Notes under the pieces: model-generated
The model's input: the letters and a program-made list of their open reading frames with translations, nothing else
The model's database searches: none
Told to the model about the DNA's origin: nothing
Position numbers and translations under genes: made by a program
Assembly: GCF_009914755.1 (NCBI RefSeq)
Contig: NC_060926.1
Reading direction: 5' to 3' (one strand)
From: the human T2T-CHM13v2.0 reference genome, Homo sapiens
Length of the DNA: 64,000 nt
Shown: positions 28,241 through 42,119 of the stretch, one piece after another
How the letters are laid out: every line of letters begins with the position of its first letter
Numbering within the stretch: the stretch's first letter is position 1

Positions 28241-28934
28241 TGATATGTTTTGTCTCTGTGTCCTCACCCAAATTTACCTTGAATTGTAATCCCCGTAATC
28301 CCTTTGTGTCAAGAGACCAGGTGGAGGTAATTGAATCATCGAGTTGGTTTGCCTTATGCTGTTCTTGTGATAATGAGTGAGTCTCATGACATCTGACTTT
28401 TTTTTTCTTTGTTTTCTTTAAGTTCTGGGATACATGTGCAGAATGTGCGGGTTTGTTACATAGGTATACATGTGCCACGGTGGTTTGCTGCACCCATCAA
28501 CCCTTCATCTAGGCTTTAAGTCCCACATGCATTAGGTATTTGCCCTAATGTTCTGCCTCCCCCTGCCCCTCACCCCGACAGGCTCCAGTGTGTGATGTTC
28601 CCCTCCCTGTGTCCATGTGTGTTCCCATTGTTCCACTCTCATTTATGAGAGAGTACATGTGGAGTTTGGCATTCTGTTCCTGTGTTAGTTTGCTGAGAAT
28701 GATGGTTTCTAGCTTCATCCATGTCCCTGCATGGTTTTATTAGCGTCTGGCATTTCTCCTGCTTGCACTCATTCTCTCTCCTGCGGCCCTGTGAAGAGGT
28801 AACTTCTGCCATGATTGGAAGTTTCCTGAGGCCACCCTAGCCATGTGAAACTGTGAGCCGATTAAATCTCTGCTCTTTATAAATTACCCAGTCTCAAGTA
28901 TTTCTTCATAGCAGTGTGATAGCAGACTAATACA
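28241..28934 (+). mobile_element. THE1D-like MaLR solo LTR split by an L1PA insertion
   Basis: Starts tgatatgttttg, ends gcagactaataca. Internal agcgtctggcatttctcctgcttgcactc and ataaattacccagtctc. Confidence 0.92.
28398..28730 (-). mobile_element. L1PA7/PA8-like 3' UTR fragment inside the THE1 LTR
   Basis: T tail then ttctgggatacatgtgcagaa ... ctaggctttaagtcccacatgcattagg ... atccatgtccctgc. Confidence 0.93.
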
Positions 28935-30650
28935 GCAGTTCTTTTTTCCAATACATTATGTCTGAATATCAAGGATATATTACAAGGCATACTAAAACAC
29001 AGTAAAAGAAAGGCAAAAACCAAACACAACAAACAAAAAACTAAACAGTTCGAAGACACAGTAACACATTAGAAACAGGCAAGGGTGGGATATTGGAATT
29101 ATCAAACAAGAAATTTAAAGCAACTATGATTAATGAGATAACGGCTCTAACGGATAAAGCAGACAGCATGCAAGAACATAAGAAAATGTAAGCACAGAAA
29201 TGAAAATCCTAGGAAAGAACCTAGAAGAAATGCTAGAGATCAAAATCATTGTAACAGAAAGGTATCTGAAAATCTCATTAGGAGATTGGCCCCAGATGAG
29301 GAAGAAAATCTCTCAGCTTGAATATTTATCAATAGAAACTTCCAAAGCTGAAACAAAAAGAGAAAAGGCTGAAATAAACAGAACAAAATATTCTGCAGAG
29401 TGGGACAACTACAAAAGTTGTAACATATGTATAATGGAAATACTAAGAGGGAGAAGAAAGATCAAGGAGTAAAATAAATATTTGAAGAAATAATAACTGA
29501 GAATTTCCCTCAAGTTAATGTCAGATGCCAAACCACAGATTCTGGAAGCTCAGAGAACACCACACAGGATAAATGCCAAACAAAACAACACAAAACGAAA
29601 TTTAAAACTGCACCTTGGTATATTATTTGCAAACTACAGAGAATTTTAAATGAAGAAAAAATTTTGAAAAACGGTGGTTTGGGTCTGAGAAAGCACATTA
29701 CCAAAACAGGAACAAAGACAAGAAATCTATCTTCCCTCTTCTCAGAAGCCAAATTAGCAAGAACAGAATAGAATAAAATATTTAAAGTGTTGAGAAAAAA
29801 AAGAAAATACACCAATGTAGAGTTCTGTACCCTGTGAAATTACCCTCGAAAAGTGGAGGAGAAATAAGGGCTTTTTCAGATAAACAAAAATTTATGGAAT
29901 TTGTTACTAGTAAAAAATGCAAAAGATGTTTAAAAAGAAGAGAAATAATATAGGTCAGAAAGCAAGATCTACATAAATAAACAAGAAGCGTCAAAGACAA
30001 AACCAATGAAAGTAAAGTAAATGCTTTTATTTTTCTTATTCTTAATTGATCTAACAGATAACAGTTTGTTCAAAATAATTATAGCAACAATGTATTCAAT
30101 TATGTATGGTTCTGTATATATTTTATATTCATTATTATATATGAGTGAAATGAATGACAGCAATAATACAAGGGATAAGAGGATAAGTTAAAATTATTTT
30201 CTTATTATAAGGTACCTATAGTACCTGTGAAACAGTATAGTGTTATTTAAAAAGTGTGCTTGAATTAGTTGTAAATACATATTGCAAACTCTAGGGCAAC
30301 TACCAAAAAATAGGAAAAAAAAAGAACCATAGTTGATATTCTGAGAAAAAAGAGAAAATGGAAAAATATAAAATGCTCAATTAAAATCGCAACAGGCAGA
30401 AGAAGAGTAGAAAACAAAATTAGGAACAAAAATCAAGGGCAATAAATAGAAAATAGTAAAAAAAATATGGTGGATATCAACTCAGGTATATAATAAATCA
30501 CCTTGGATGTCAATATTCTAAGTATAATACTTTGGCAGAGATTGTTTGAGTGGATCAAAAAAAAAAGAAGACCCAACTATATTTTGTCAAAAAATAACCA
30601 TCTTTACATATATGGACACATCTAGATTAAAAGTAAATGGATGGAAAAGT

Positions 30651-30941
30651 GGGTTGGGGAGACAATTGTCAAAAGGATACAGTATTTCAGTTAAATTGGA
30701 GAAATAATTTCAAGAGATCTAGTGTACAAGAGTCCTCTATAGTTAATAACAATGTATTGTATCTTTGAAAGTTGCTGAGTAGATTTTAAGTAGATTGCTT
30801 AAAGTAGATTTTCACCATAAAGAAATAACTGTGTGAGGTAATGTACATGTTAATTAGCTGAATTTATCCTTTTTAAAATGTACACACATTTTAAAAGAAC
30901 ATGTACATGATAATTACATACAATTTTGTCAATTAAAAAAC
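30651..30941 (+). mobile_element. L1MA7/MA8-like 3' UTR fragment inserted in L1MC1, with TSD
   Basis: tcaagagatctagtgtacaa ... gtgaggtaatgtacatgttaattagc. TSD atggatgga(a/g)aagt at 30637-30650 and 30942-30955 (13/14 identical). Confidence 0.85.
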
Positions 30942-33900
30942 ATGGATGGAGAAGTTATACTATGCTAACACTAATCAAAGGAAAGCAGATATAGCGCTAT
31001 CAATTTCAGAGTAGACTTTAAAATGAGGAAATTTACTGGGGACAAAGAAAGACATTGCATAGCAATAAAGTGGTCAATTCTCCAAGAAGACATAACAATC
31101 CTTAATGTATATGTACCTAACAACAGAGCATATGTGAGACAAAATCTGATAGAACTATAAGGGTAGATAGGTTAATCTACTATTATATTTGGAGACTTCA
31201 ATACCTTTATCATAAACAGACAGACTCATCAGGTAGAAAATCTGTAACGACATTGTTGAACTCAATAACACAATCAATCAACTCAATATAATTGACATAT
31301 ATAGATTACCCCATTCAACAGCAGCAGAATACATATGCTTCCATACAATACACACCAAGATAGATTACATTCTGGGCCATAAAACACATCCTAATAAATT
31401 TAAAAGGACAGACATTGTACACTGTCTGCATTCAGACCACAGTGGAATTAAACTAGAAATTAATGACAAATAGATAACTAGAAAATCTTAAAGTACATAG
31501 AGGTTAAAGAAGACATTTCAAAATAATTCATGAGTAAAAAATTAAATCTGAAGAGAAACTTAAAAATATTTAAAATTAATTAAAATTTTATAAAAACAAC
31601 TTTTCAAAATTGGAAATGGAGTGAAACCAGTGCTTGGAATAAAACATAGTAATAAATTCAAATGCTAGAAAAGAAGAAATATCTATAAGCAGTTATCCAA
31701 GCTTCAATCTTAAAAAACTTGAAAAACAAGAGCAAATAAAATCTAAAGTGAGCAGAAGAAATGAAAGAGAGGATATCACCACAGATGTTATGAAGATTAA
31801 GAGGATAATAAGAGTATTACGTATAGCTCTATGCCCACAGATTTGATAAGCTAGATAATATGGATCAATTCCTTGAAAGACACAATCTGCCAAAATTTAC
31901 ACAAAAAGAAACAGAAAACCTGGATATACCTATATCTATTCATTATATGTAATCAATGATTAATAACATTCCAAAAGCGAAAGCACCAGTGAATTCTACT
32001 GGACATTTAAGAAATAAATCATACAAATTCTCTAAAATATCTTTCAGAAGATAGAAATATGAAAAATACTTCCTTACTCATACTATGAGACAAGCATCAC
32101 ACTATCAAAACCAGACAAAGACATTACAAGGAAATAAAACTACAAACAATATTTCTAATAGATATTTATGCAAAAATTCTCAGAAAATAGCAAATGGAAT
32201 CCAACAATATATGAAAAGAATTATTCACCAGTTCCAAGTTGGATATATCTGAGGTATGCAAGGCTAGTTTAACATTAGAAAGCCAATTAATGTAATCAAT
32301 CACATCAACAACTGAAGAAGATAAATTATATGGTCATATCAATAGATGGAGAAAAAGCATTTGCCAATGTTTAACACCCATTTATGATAAAAAGAAAAAC
32401 TCTCAGGAAACTAGGAATAGAATAAAACATCCTCAAGTTGATTTTTTTTAAGTTATACTGAAAACCTACAGTTAACATTATACTTAATTGTAAGAAACAG
32501 AAAACATTCCCAACACAATCAGGAGCAAGGCAAGGATGTTCCCTCTAAACACTCCTTTTCAACATTAAACTGAAACGTTCTACTAAATATCGTGAGACAA
32601 AGAAAGGAAATAAAGGGGATGTTGATTTGTGAGGAAGAAATAAAACTGTTTTTTTCACATATTGCATAATTTTCTGTATTGAAAACACAAAACAATTGAC
32701 AAACTCTTCTAATAAGCAACTATAGCATGTTTGCTGGCTACAAAGTTAATACACCGAAGTTAAAATCTTTCCCACATACAGAATGAACAAGTGGAATTTG
32801 AAATTAAAAACACAATACTATTTGCATTAGCACCCCTAAAATGAATATTTAAGTATAAATCTAACAAAATATGCAAAATATCTATATGGAGAAAAGTACA
32901 AATGTCAAAAGAAATAAAAAATTAACTAAATAAATGGAGATATAGTCCATGTTCATAAATAGGAAAAATCAACATTACTATTATATTGGTTCTTCCCAAA
33001 CTGACATATAGATTCAATGCAATCCTAATCAAAATGCCAGCAAATTATTTTTAGATATCAACAAACTGATTCTAAAGTTTATATGGAGTGTCAGAAGATA
33101 CAGAATTGCCAAAACAACATTGAACGAAAAGAAAAATGTTGGAAGATTGACTCTTTCTGACTTCAAGACATGTCAAGCTTCAGTATGAAAGACAGTGTGG
33201 GATTTATGAAATAATAGGCAAACAAACCTGAAATAAAATAGCCCGGAAACAGTTAAAAATGTATATAGTATATAGTCTATTGATCTTTGACAAAGAAGCA
33301 AAGGCAATACACAATGCAGCAAAGATAGCCTTTTCAACAAATAGTACTAGAACAACTGAATGTCCACATGCAAAAAAATAAATCTAGACACATACTACAC
33401 ACTTCACAAAAATTAACTCAAAATGGATCATAGACTTTGTAAAAGGCAAATCTATAAAACTTTGAGATGATATCATAGGAGAGAACCTAGATGTTCATGT
33501 GTATGACAATGAATTTCTAGATACAACACAAAAGGCACTACCCATAAAAGAAATAATTCATGAGAAACTTCATTGAAATTAAAGATTTCTACTCTGTGAA
33601 AGATACTGTTATGAGAATAAAAAGACAAGCCATAGACTGGGAGAAAATATTTGCAAAAGACATATCTGATAAAGGATTATTAACCAAAATATACAAAGAA
33701 CGCTTAAGACTCAAAAATAAGAAATGAATAGAATTAAAAATGGGTCAAAGACCTTAACAGACACATCAAAAAAGAATATATACAAATGGTAAACAAGCAC
33801 ATGAAAAGTTGCTCCACATCAGAAGTCAATAGGAAAATGCTACTTAAAACAATGAGATACCAGTACCTACTTACTAGCATGGCCCAAATCCAGAATATTG

Positions 33901-35769
33901 ATAACACCATATGCTGATGATAATATGGAGCTACAGGAACTCTCACTTATTGTTGATGGAAGTGCAAAATTATACAGCCACTGTGAAAGACAGTTTGGTT
34001 GTTTCTTACAAAACTAAACATGTTGTTTTCATATTATTCAGCGAATATGCACCTTGATATTTACCCCAGAAAGCTGAAAACTTATGTTTACACAAAAACC
34101 TGAACACAGATGTTCATAGCAGCCTTATTAATAATTGCCAAAACTTGGAAGCAACCAAGATGTCCTTTACTAGGTGAATCAACAAATAAACAGTGGTACA
34201 TGCAGACAATAGAATATTATTCAGTGCAAGAAATACATGACATATCAAGCCATGAAAAGACACAGAAGAAATTTAAATGCATATTAGCAAGTGAAATAAA
34301 TTAATCTAAAAAGCTATATGACATTGTAGACAAGGCAGAACTATGGAAACAGTATCAGTGATTGTAGAGGATTAGGGCATAGTGAGGGATGAATAGACGG
34401 AACACAGCATTTTTAGGGCAGTAGAACTGCTCTGTATGATAGTATAATGGTAGATACATGGCAGTATCCTTTTGTTCCAATCTAGAGAATGAACACCAGG
34501 TGTGAGACCTATTGTAAACACACTGTGGACTTTGGGAAATACTAATGTGTCTATGTAGATTCATGTTTTGTAACAAATATAAGACTGATAGGAAATGTTG
34601 ATAATGGTGGAGGCTATGAATGCCTCGGGCAATGTGTGGAAAATCTTTCTACTTTTCTCTCAATTTTGTTGTGAATCTAAAATCATTCTAAAGAAATAAA
34701 ATCTTTTCAAAAGTGCATACAGCCTTGTCATCTGACCTAAGGTGGACAAATAATTGCAGTGTTTGGTAGGTGATCATCTTTCTTTATCTGAGAAAACAAA
34801 ACAAAAAACAAAAATGAAAAGAAACATTTGATTCTGTAAATATGAGCTGCTTCATCTTCCAAAAGATTATAGTTTGTTCTTAATGGACATAAATAATATA
34901 GTCAAGTTATAAAAAAGTTTCTAATCTTCCATCAAATTAAGGATATGTATCAAAGCACTTTGCAAATGTTACTGTCTAATCTTAGGCAAATATGAACTTC
35001 AAATGATGTTAATTTTCAAATAATTTATGGGAGGGAATAGCATTTTGTAATGAGTGATGCTATATTTTTCCTTACCTTGACCAACATACATGGCAGATGA
35101 GGAGCAATAGAGTAAAAATAAATATATAAAATCAAGATTATCTCTATGAAAAACTTTTACCCTCAGAAGCAATAGACTTCAAAATGGAAGTTCTGCATCA
35201 GTACATGAGAGCAGGGTTTTATATTTTCTTTCTTGACTTATCTTTCTAACCTAACACTATAAAATTAGATTCCAGTAAAATCAGAGCTTTAAAATTCTTC
35301 CAATTTTCTTATTTTCTAATTTTTGCTCTTCGTCTCTAAAACGATCTATAAAAGAATAAAGTCATACTTCAGTTGCGGTTTTCTTTAATCTATCAGCATT
35401 CAGGCGTATCTCTAATGACATTATCCACAGAGTCATGAGAAAAAAGACTTTGAAGTATTAAATTTGGCCTCCATTTTAATATGATAACATTTTCAAAGGT
35501 GAAATAGGTCTTCCTTGAAACTAGCAAGTGATTTCATGCTGTAAGTTCCTTATTTTATTCAAATTTGATATTAAATGGAAGAGCACACAAGTATATCAGA
35601 TATAGACTGCCTAATTTTGTTAAAGTCAGGCATATTAGAGATCAGAAGACCTTTCTGCTCATTACTGATAGAAAGATGACAATGTGTCATAACATTTACT
35701 CTTTATTTTTATTGAACATTATTGTCTAACACACTATCTATAATTTCTCAATAGGAATAAAATTGTAGT

Positions 35770-35990
35770 ATGTTTAAAAACAGGTCTTAGATATGGAAAA
35801 CTTCATTTTATAATTGATGGCAGTTTCTAATCAAATGATTTTAGGAAAACTAGTTCATACATCTGTTTTATTCTTTCTGACTTTTAAAATAAGTATATTA
35901 ATATAGTTTGTGGTAGTCTATGGGCTTTCAATATGATAGTTATTTTTTGATAAGTGTTTGTAAACCATAAGATATTAAATACTTATAAGA
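35770..35990 (+). mobile_element. Possible MIR
   Basis: Weak core and tail resemblance (tgattttaggaaaactagttca, aagtgtttgtaaaccataag). Confidence 0.35.
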
Positions 35991-36677
35991 CGTTTACATA
36001 GATTCTATCATAAATATAGAAAAAATAATCCCAGAAAACATGACTATTAATCAAAGGAAAGCCTTTTTGAAAGATCAGCAATAATATTTTAAAAATAAAT
36101 CTGATGATAAAAATATTTTTGACAGTTTGTTTTACAGAAAAATTTAGCTTAGTTGAACAAGTCATAGAACAAACATAAGCATGTGCTGTCTTCTAGTCAC
36201 ATATCTCTTTACCTAAAATCAATTTTTCTAGTGGAATGATAAAAATAGCATATAACATTGGCACTGTGTTAAGACTTTCTAGAAACTAGAGGCAAATCTT
36301 GAACACAGCTGATTACATTTAAACAGTTTATAATTTAATTCAAAATAAAACCATGAAAACATGACTAATAACCTTATTGATTATTTGAAAATATATTTTA
36401 CTTTTCTTATGCATCTGAGGATGTAAAAAATGTGTATTGTGGAATATATAGTTTTAGCTAGACATTCAAAGATCTGTAATTTTAACACAGTTAAAGAATG
36501 AAAAATTATATAAAAGAAATGTTTGGTACTAGAAAAGTCCACTCATCTCAACAATAGTCACTAAAAGAAAATAACACACATGCACACACAGACAGACATA
36601 TACATACACACACACCTTGAATACTAAGGAAATGACTAAAAGACCAAATAAAAGACCCTACTAAAATTGAAAAAGAT

Positions 36678-37870
36678 GAGACTTCTGGAATGCCACAGTA
36701 AGAAGTTTGGGAGATCTTCTCCCTTAGTGAAAGAACAATTTAGCTGGTAAAAATTGTAAAAGTAACAGTAATTAAAATTTCTGGAAATTATCCCTAAAAA
36801 CATACAGAAAATGGAGACACATTCATTCAAGAATAGCTATTAAATCTTGATTAAGAACAGCTAGCATCTATGGCATTTGACCCACAACCTACTCCATGGC
36901 CAGCCCTCTGCAGCTCCATGCTATGGAAGGTCTACCCCAGTCATGGGCTCCTAAGACAAGGAGCTCTCTCCACTCTTAGCTCCCAGTCTGGTTTTATCAT
37001 AGGAGGGGCTGACTTCTGTAGCTTCTCATTTCTCCTGGCTCCATGTTATAGAAGTTCTAGTCCAGGTAGGCATAGCCAAAATAACTAGGTTTCTCTTCTA
37101 TCATCTAGCCCCATTTACCGGGCAGCGGTTCTACCCCAGGCGTGGCAAGTTAAGAATATCGGGGCCCTGATTGTCCTTGTTCCAGTTTATTCATAGAATA
37201 AAGTTTCCCAGCTGGTAGAGGAAGGACAAAAAGATAATGACCTACTATGCCATTTCAAGTGCTCAGTCATAGTACTGGGGTGTCCTTGTAGGAAAAGGGT
37301 ATACCCGCCACAAGCTCCAATGCAGTGGCACAAGGGTACTGAAAACAATAACAACAACAAAAATCAGCTATGACTCTGCAAAGTTGCTCATTTCTCTCTG
37401 AGGGGAACAACTTAATTTGGATAAGAGACTGGAAAACTCCATGCTTAGAGTGATACCTAAAACAATAAAGACCTTGATGGACAGCAATTAAGAGAAGCCT
37501 GGTAGCTAGCTATATGATATAAACAAAATGGCAAGAAAGCTAGAAGTTTACTGAAGAGAATGAAGGAAGGAGATAGCCATGATAAGGCATTCTGAAACAA
37601 CTATCTGAATCTAAAAGTTGTGCAAATATGCTAGGATGCACCCACTCAGAACAATCAGAAAAGAATGCAAGGGCAGACTTCAAAGTATTCCTTAAACCAG
37701 CAAAACAAAAAAAGAAAAAAGTCAACACAGATGAGGAGCCTCATTTGTACAAGAGGATTAAAACAACTTCTGAATAAATGCTCCATGACGATAAACCACT
37801 GTGTCCCAGGACCAACTCCTGGGAAGCCAGACTTAAAAATAAAGTTCCACATAACCCTTGCAGTCTAGAA
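36678..37870 (+). mobile_element. Old L1M 5' UTR fragment
   Basis: Begins gagacttctggaatg. Contains ttctggaaatt, aaatggagacacattcattcaagaa and a locally GC-richer UTR-like stretch. No ORF1 follows. Confidence 0.65.
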
Positions 37871-38050
37871 GATTGCTTAATTGACAAAGCTGGCAAATCA
37901 CATGTGCATTTAATTTAACTATGTTTAATATTCTTGACTCTATATGCAAGGATTTAGTGAAAATACAGGTGGGATATCATTAAAAAAAGAAAATAATAAT
38001 TTAAGTAATCTGAACAATTCTACTCATTAAGCCTTTAGCCAAAAGTGAGC

Positions 38051-38094
38051 TTGAAAATTGAAAATTGAAAAATTGAAATTGAAAATTGAAAATT
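38051..38094. repeat. (GAAAATT)n heptamer repeat, ~6 units
   Basis: Directly visible. Confidence 0.9.
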
Positions 38095-38509
38095 AACTTG
38101 TACCCTTATGCTAAGAACACTTAGGCCCAGATTTGACAGATGTTAGCTGGTTCTGAATGTGGTTCTAGCATTGAAGGGCATTTTATTCTTTGCTATCCCA
38201 TAAAATACTCCAATGTAAGTAAACTATTTCAAGTGTTGCAAAACCACAATCCAAAAAATGGGGTCTCATTCAGTCAGTGCTAGAGAAAAACTTGGGCAAG
38301 TCACAGCTAAATGTATAAGAAAAGTATGTTGGTCTTCAACATGGCAACTTTCTAAGACACTTTGAACTATAATTTGACTTTAGATTACTTCTGCATTCCT
38401 TTTTATACTAAGTAGTTTCAAGGATAATTTTGCCTTAACTACTTGAAAGTCAAGGAGAATGATAAATAAATTGCCTATGGTTATATATCTGAGAAGCAAT
38501 AAAACCAAG

Positions 38510-39241
38510 ATTTAAATGCAGTTCAACATTATTAGTCAGAATAAAATGCAAATCAAAACCACAATAAAATGTCACTTCACAGCCAACAGGAAAACAATCA
38601 GCATAATGAAAAGCAATAAAAAATAATCAAAATATTGCAGAAAATAGCAAGTGTTGGTGATGATGTAGAGAAACTGAAACCTGCATAAATTGTTAACAGG
38701 AATATAAAACGGTGCAGTTATTTTGAGAAACAGCTTGGCAGTTCTTCAATAATATAAACCTGACAATATTAGCTAGTAATTCAATTCTTAACTGTATACC
38801 CCCCAAAATGAAAACATATGTTCACCAAAAACTTGTAACCAAATGGTCAGAAGAGCTAATCATATTGGCCAAAAAAATGGAAACAACCCAGATGCATACC
38901 AAATGATAAACAGATAAATAAAATATGAATGTAATGTTGTACATACATGCAATGGACTACTATTCAAGAATAGAAAGGAACAGAGTAGTAATACATGCTA
39001 CAACATAGATGAAACTTGAAAACATATATTAACTCTATGAACAAATGATTAGAGGAACTGCCAAGCTGTTATATTGGTTTTCTTTCAGTGAGCACAGAAA
39101 TCTTCAATATTAGATTGTATCTATGGTTTCACAACTCTATACACATAATAAAAAGCATTGGTTTTTACACTTTAAATGGGTAAATTCTGTGACATACAAT
39201 TATATCTCAATACAACTGTTTTTTTTTAAAGAAAAAAAAAA
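38510..39241 (+). mobile_element. L1MB7/8-like ORF2 end and 3' UTR
   Basis: aaatgcaaatcaaaaccacaat, aagtgttggtgatgatgtagagaaactg, atacatgctacaacatagatgaa, cactttaaatgggtaaatt ... tatatctcaata. Confidence 0.85.
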
Positions 39242-40793
39242 CCTTGAGCATATGGTAAAATGAATGCCAAAATCTGATGGGAGTTAACCATTAGAATTGA
39301 CATGTCGACATATGTAAAGCTGAAGTTGACATATCTTGCAGTTTCTGCCCACTCACATTCACAGCCCTTAAAACCACTTTTGTAGCCAAAAGTCATACCA
39401 AAGAGGTACCATGAGGGTATTTCTATTTGGTAATTCTGTTTCCTGGTGCCATTGTGTAGGCCAGTGATTGATACCTAATCTGGGAAAAGATCATCAATGG
39501 GCAAACAGCAGATTATAATTTTTGCAAACTTCATCTAAGAGACATGTAATTTCCAACTAGTAGTAGATTAAATAGTAAGTCCATGTTGAATTGGAGCTAG
39601 AAAAGACATATTTAAAGCCACGTTCAACATGATTAATCTGTAAAGAAGGCAGTTTTCCAAAAGAAAACAAAAACAAAAAGGTAAAAAAGACACGATGATA
39701 GAGTAACAATGTAGAGAAAAGCAGAGACGAGAAAGTAAGTATTGGGATAGGCTAGAGAAAATGACAGAGAGAGAAAGAATCTGAATGAATCATTGTTTAG
39801 GCTACTGATTACTAATTTCAACTTCTACTCGCACTGTCCTAAGTCTGCTTTTTTTCATGAGAGAACCCGCACACCAAAATGAAGATCTGACTGTGGAAGT
39901 ACGATGGGTTGAGGGTAGTGCATCCTCTAGAATAAAATAAAGTCTTTAATAAGATACAACAATAAAGGCATTTAAAGCCTGCAAAGATTTTGGAACCCAT
40001 GCCCTGTAATTATGAGATGCCCTGGACTTGGTACAAAAAGGTAAAAATATAAATATATTAGCATTAATACCCTTAGGCAAATTACAGAAAGGAAAATATA
40101 AACTCAGAAAAAAAAGTATACCTGTAGACAACATTAAAAAGTGACTGATTATATAATTTGTTTAGGGAAGGCTTTTCTGGGAATAGTCATAGCTTCACAT
40201 GGCACAAATAAAGATAGAACATAACATACCCTCAAGATATTTTAGTCTAGAACTACAAAGGGGGGTTGAACCTTGTAAATCACACAGTACCAGGTATGGT
40301 ACTACAAAAAGGCAGTCTTTTAATAGTTTCTAAATATTAGGAACTTAGGTGTTATGAAGTATTCTTTATGTGACTGGAAACTGATATTGCATTTCTCCAT
40401 GGTTAAATTTGGAAATGCATGTTACCAGTGAAGTGAATTTTGTATAGACATATAAGGCAGAGTCATAAACTTGGAACTTGCTCAGATAAAAATAGAATTG
40501 TTTTGGATTAAGAAGACATCATTTCAAAATTCAGTGACAAGCTTTACTTTTTATGTATATTTATTTGTAACAAAATATACTTTTTATATATGTATTTTGT
40601 ATGTTTATTTGTGAAACACTAGTGACATATTTCAAGATATTAATGTAAAGTTTTGGTGTTGATTTTGATCTTCATCAAAAGCCCACTCTTTGAGTATTTT
40701 GTCACCTAATCCTTTAACATTTTGGATAAAGGCAAAGGTAAACTTATTTTTGAGGACTCTAGCAGGTTATAATTTTTGGACACTCATCTTCTT

Positions 40794-41240
40794 TTTTTTA
40801 TTTTATTATTATTATACTTTAAGTTTTAGGGTACATGTGCACAATGTGCAGGTTAGTTACATATGTATACATGTGCCATGCTGGTGTGCTGCACCCATTA
40901 ACTCATCATTTAGCATTAGGTATATCTCCTAATGCTATCCCTCCCCCGTCCCCCCACCCCACAACAGTCCCCAGAGTGTGATGTTCCCCTTCCTGTGTCC
41001 ATGTGTTCTCATTGTTCAATTCCCACCTATGAGTGAGAACATGCGGTGTTTGGTTTTTTGTCCTTGCGATAGTTTACTGAGAATAATGATTTCCAATTTC
41101 ATCCATGTCCCTACAAAGGACATGAACTCACCATTTTTTATGGCTGTATAGTATTCCATGGTGTATATGTGCCACATTTTCTTAATCCAGTCTATCAAAA
41201 GTCAGGAAACAACAGGTGCTGGAGAGGATGTGGAGAAATG
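40794..41240 (-). mobile_element. L1PA2/PA3-like 3' fragment with a very short 5' inversion and TSD
   Basis: Antisense 3' end at 40794-41197 (ggttagttacat, tgatttccaatttc), sense 41197-41240 (aaaagtcaggaaacaacaggtgctggagaggatgtggagaaat). Perfect TSD ggacactcatcttctt at 40778-40793 and 41241-41256. Confidence 0.97.
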
Positions 41241-41740
41241 GGACACTCATCTTCTTGAGAGTAAAATATATAACCTGCTTATAAATCTGTACAAATCTTT
41301 TATTCTTGTGACATGATATCAGAGAGCACTGGACAAATGCTATAAAATGCAATAATATAAAATATTATTTAAAAGATGGAAAATACATGCTTTGAGCAGG
41401 AATTTACAGATTCTGTGCTATGTTAAAGAAAACTCCAAGAGCAATAAAAGTTGAAAACAAACAAACACTTTTGTAAAATAAAAATTCCTCATGAGATGCT
41501 ATCATTAGGCAGATTATCACCAACACTTCTTTATTCTACTCTCTTCATATATCATTAAAAATTAGCATTTACTGGGTTAAAGTCTATACAATAAACATAA
41601 AATAAGAATTTATGGTAACAGCAGAAGCTACATAAAATGTGTTTGTGATGCTGAATACTATGTGTGGACTCTGGAGACCCATGAACTTTGGTGTCTTCAG
41701 AATTCTTTTGTGCAAAAAGAGCAGTATTAAGATTGGCACA

Positions 41741-42119
41741 TCTATTAATCTGTTCTCACACTGCTAATAAAGACATACTTGAGACTCAATAATTTATAAA
41801 GGAAAGAAGTTTAATTAACTTAAAGTTTGCCATGACTGGAAAGGCCTCAGGAAGCTTACAATCATGGTGGAAGGGGAAGAAAACATGTCTTTCTTCACAT
41901 GGCAGCAGCAAAAAGAAGTGCCAAGCAGAAGGGGGAAAAGCCCCTTATTAAACCATCAGATCTCAGGAGAACTCACTCACTATCAGGAGAATAGCAGCAT
42001 GAGAGTAACGACCCCAATCATTCAGCTACCTTCCACCGGGTCCCTCCCATGACCTGTGGGGATTATGGGAACTACAATTCAAGATGAGATTTGTGTGGGG
42101 ACAAAGCCAAATCAAATCA
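41741..42119 (-). mobile_element. THE1C-like MaLR solo LTR
   Basis: ttctcacactgctaataaagacatac ... aggcctcaggaagcttacaatcatgg ... ggggaaaagcccctt ... attcaagatgagattt. Confidence 0.93.

Larger units (their letters stand above)
27506..34708 (+). mobile_element. Apparently full-length, degraded L1MC1-type LINE with nested insertions
   Basis: 5' UTR-like start (taaggagcttagatattgccact ... acaactctttttag), ORF1 remnants ~29000-29950, ORF2 remnants ~30450-34250 (ORF-track MFIAALLIIAKTWKQPRCP), and an L1MC1-type 3' UTR (atcaagccatgaaaagacac, ggatgaatagacggaacacag, caattttgttgtgaatctaaaa). aaaagtgcata flanks both ends. Confidence 0.88.
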
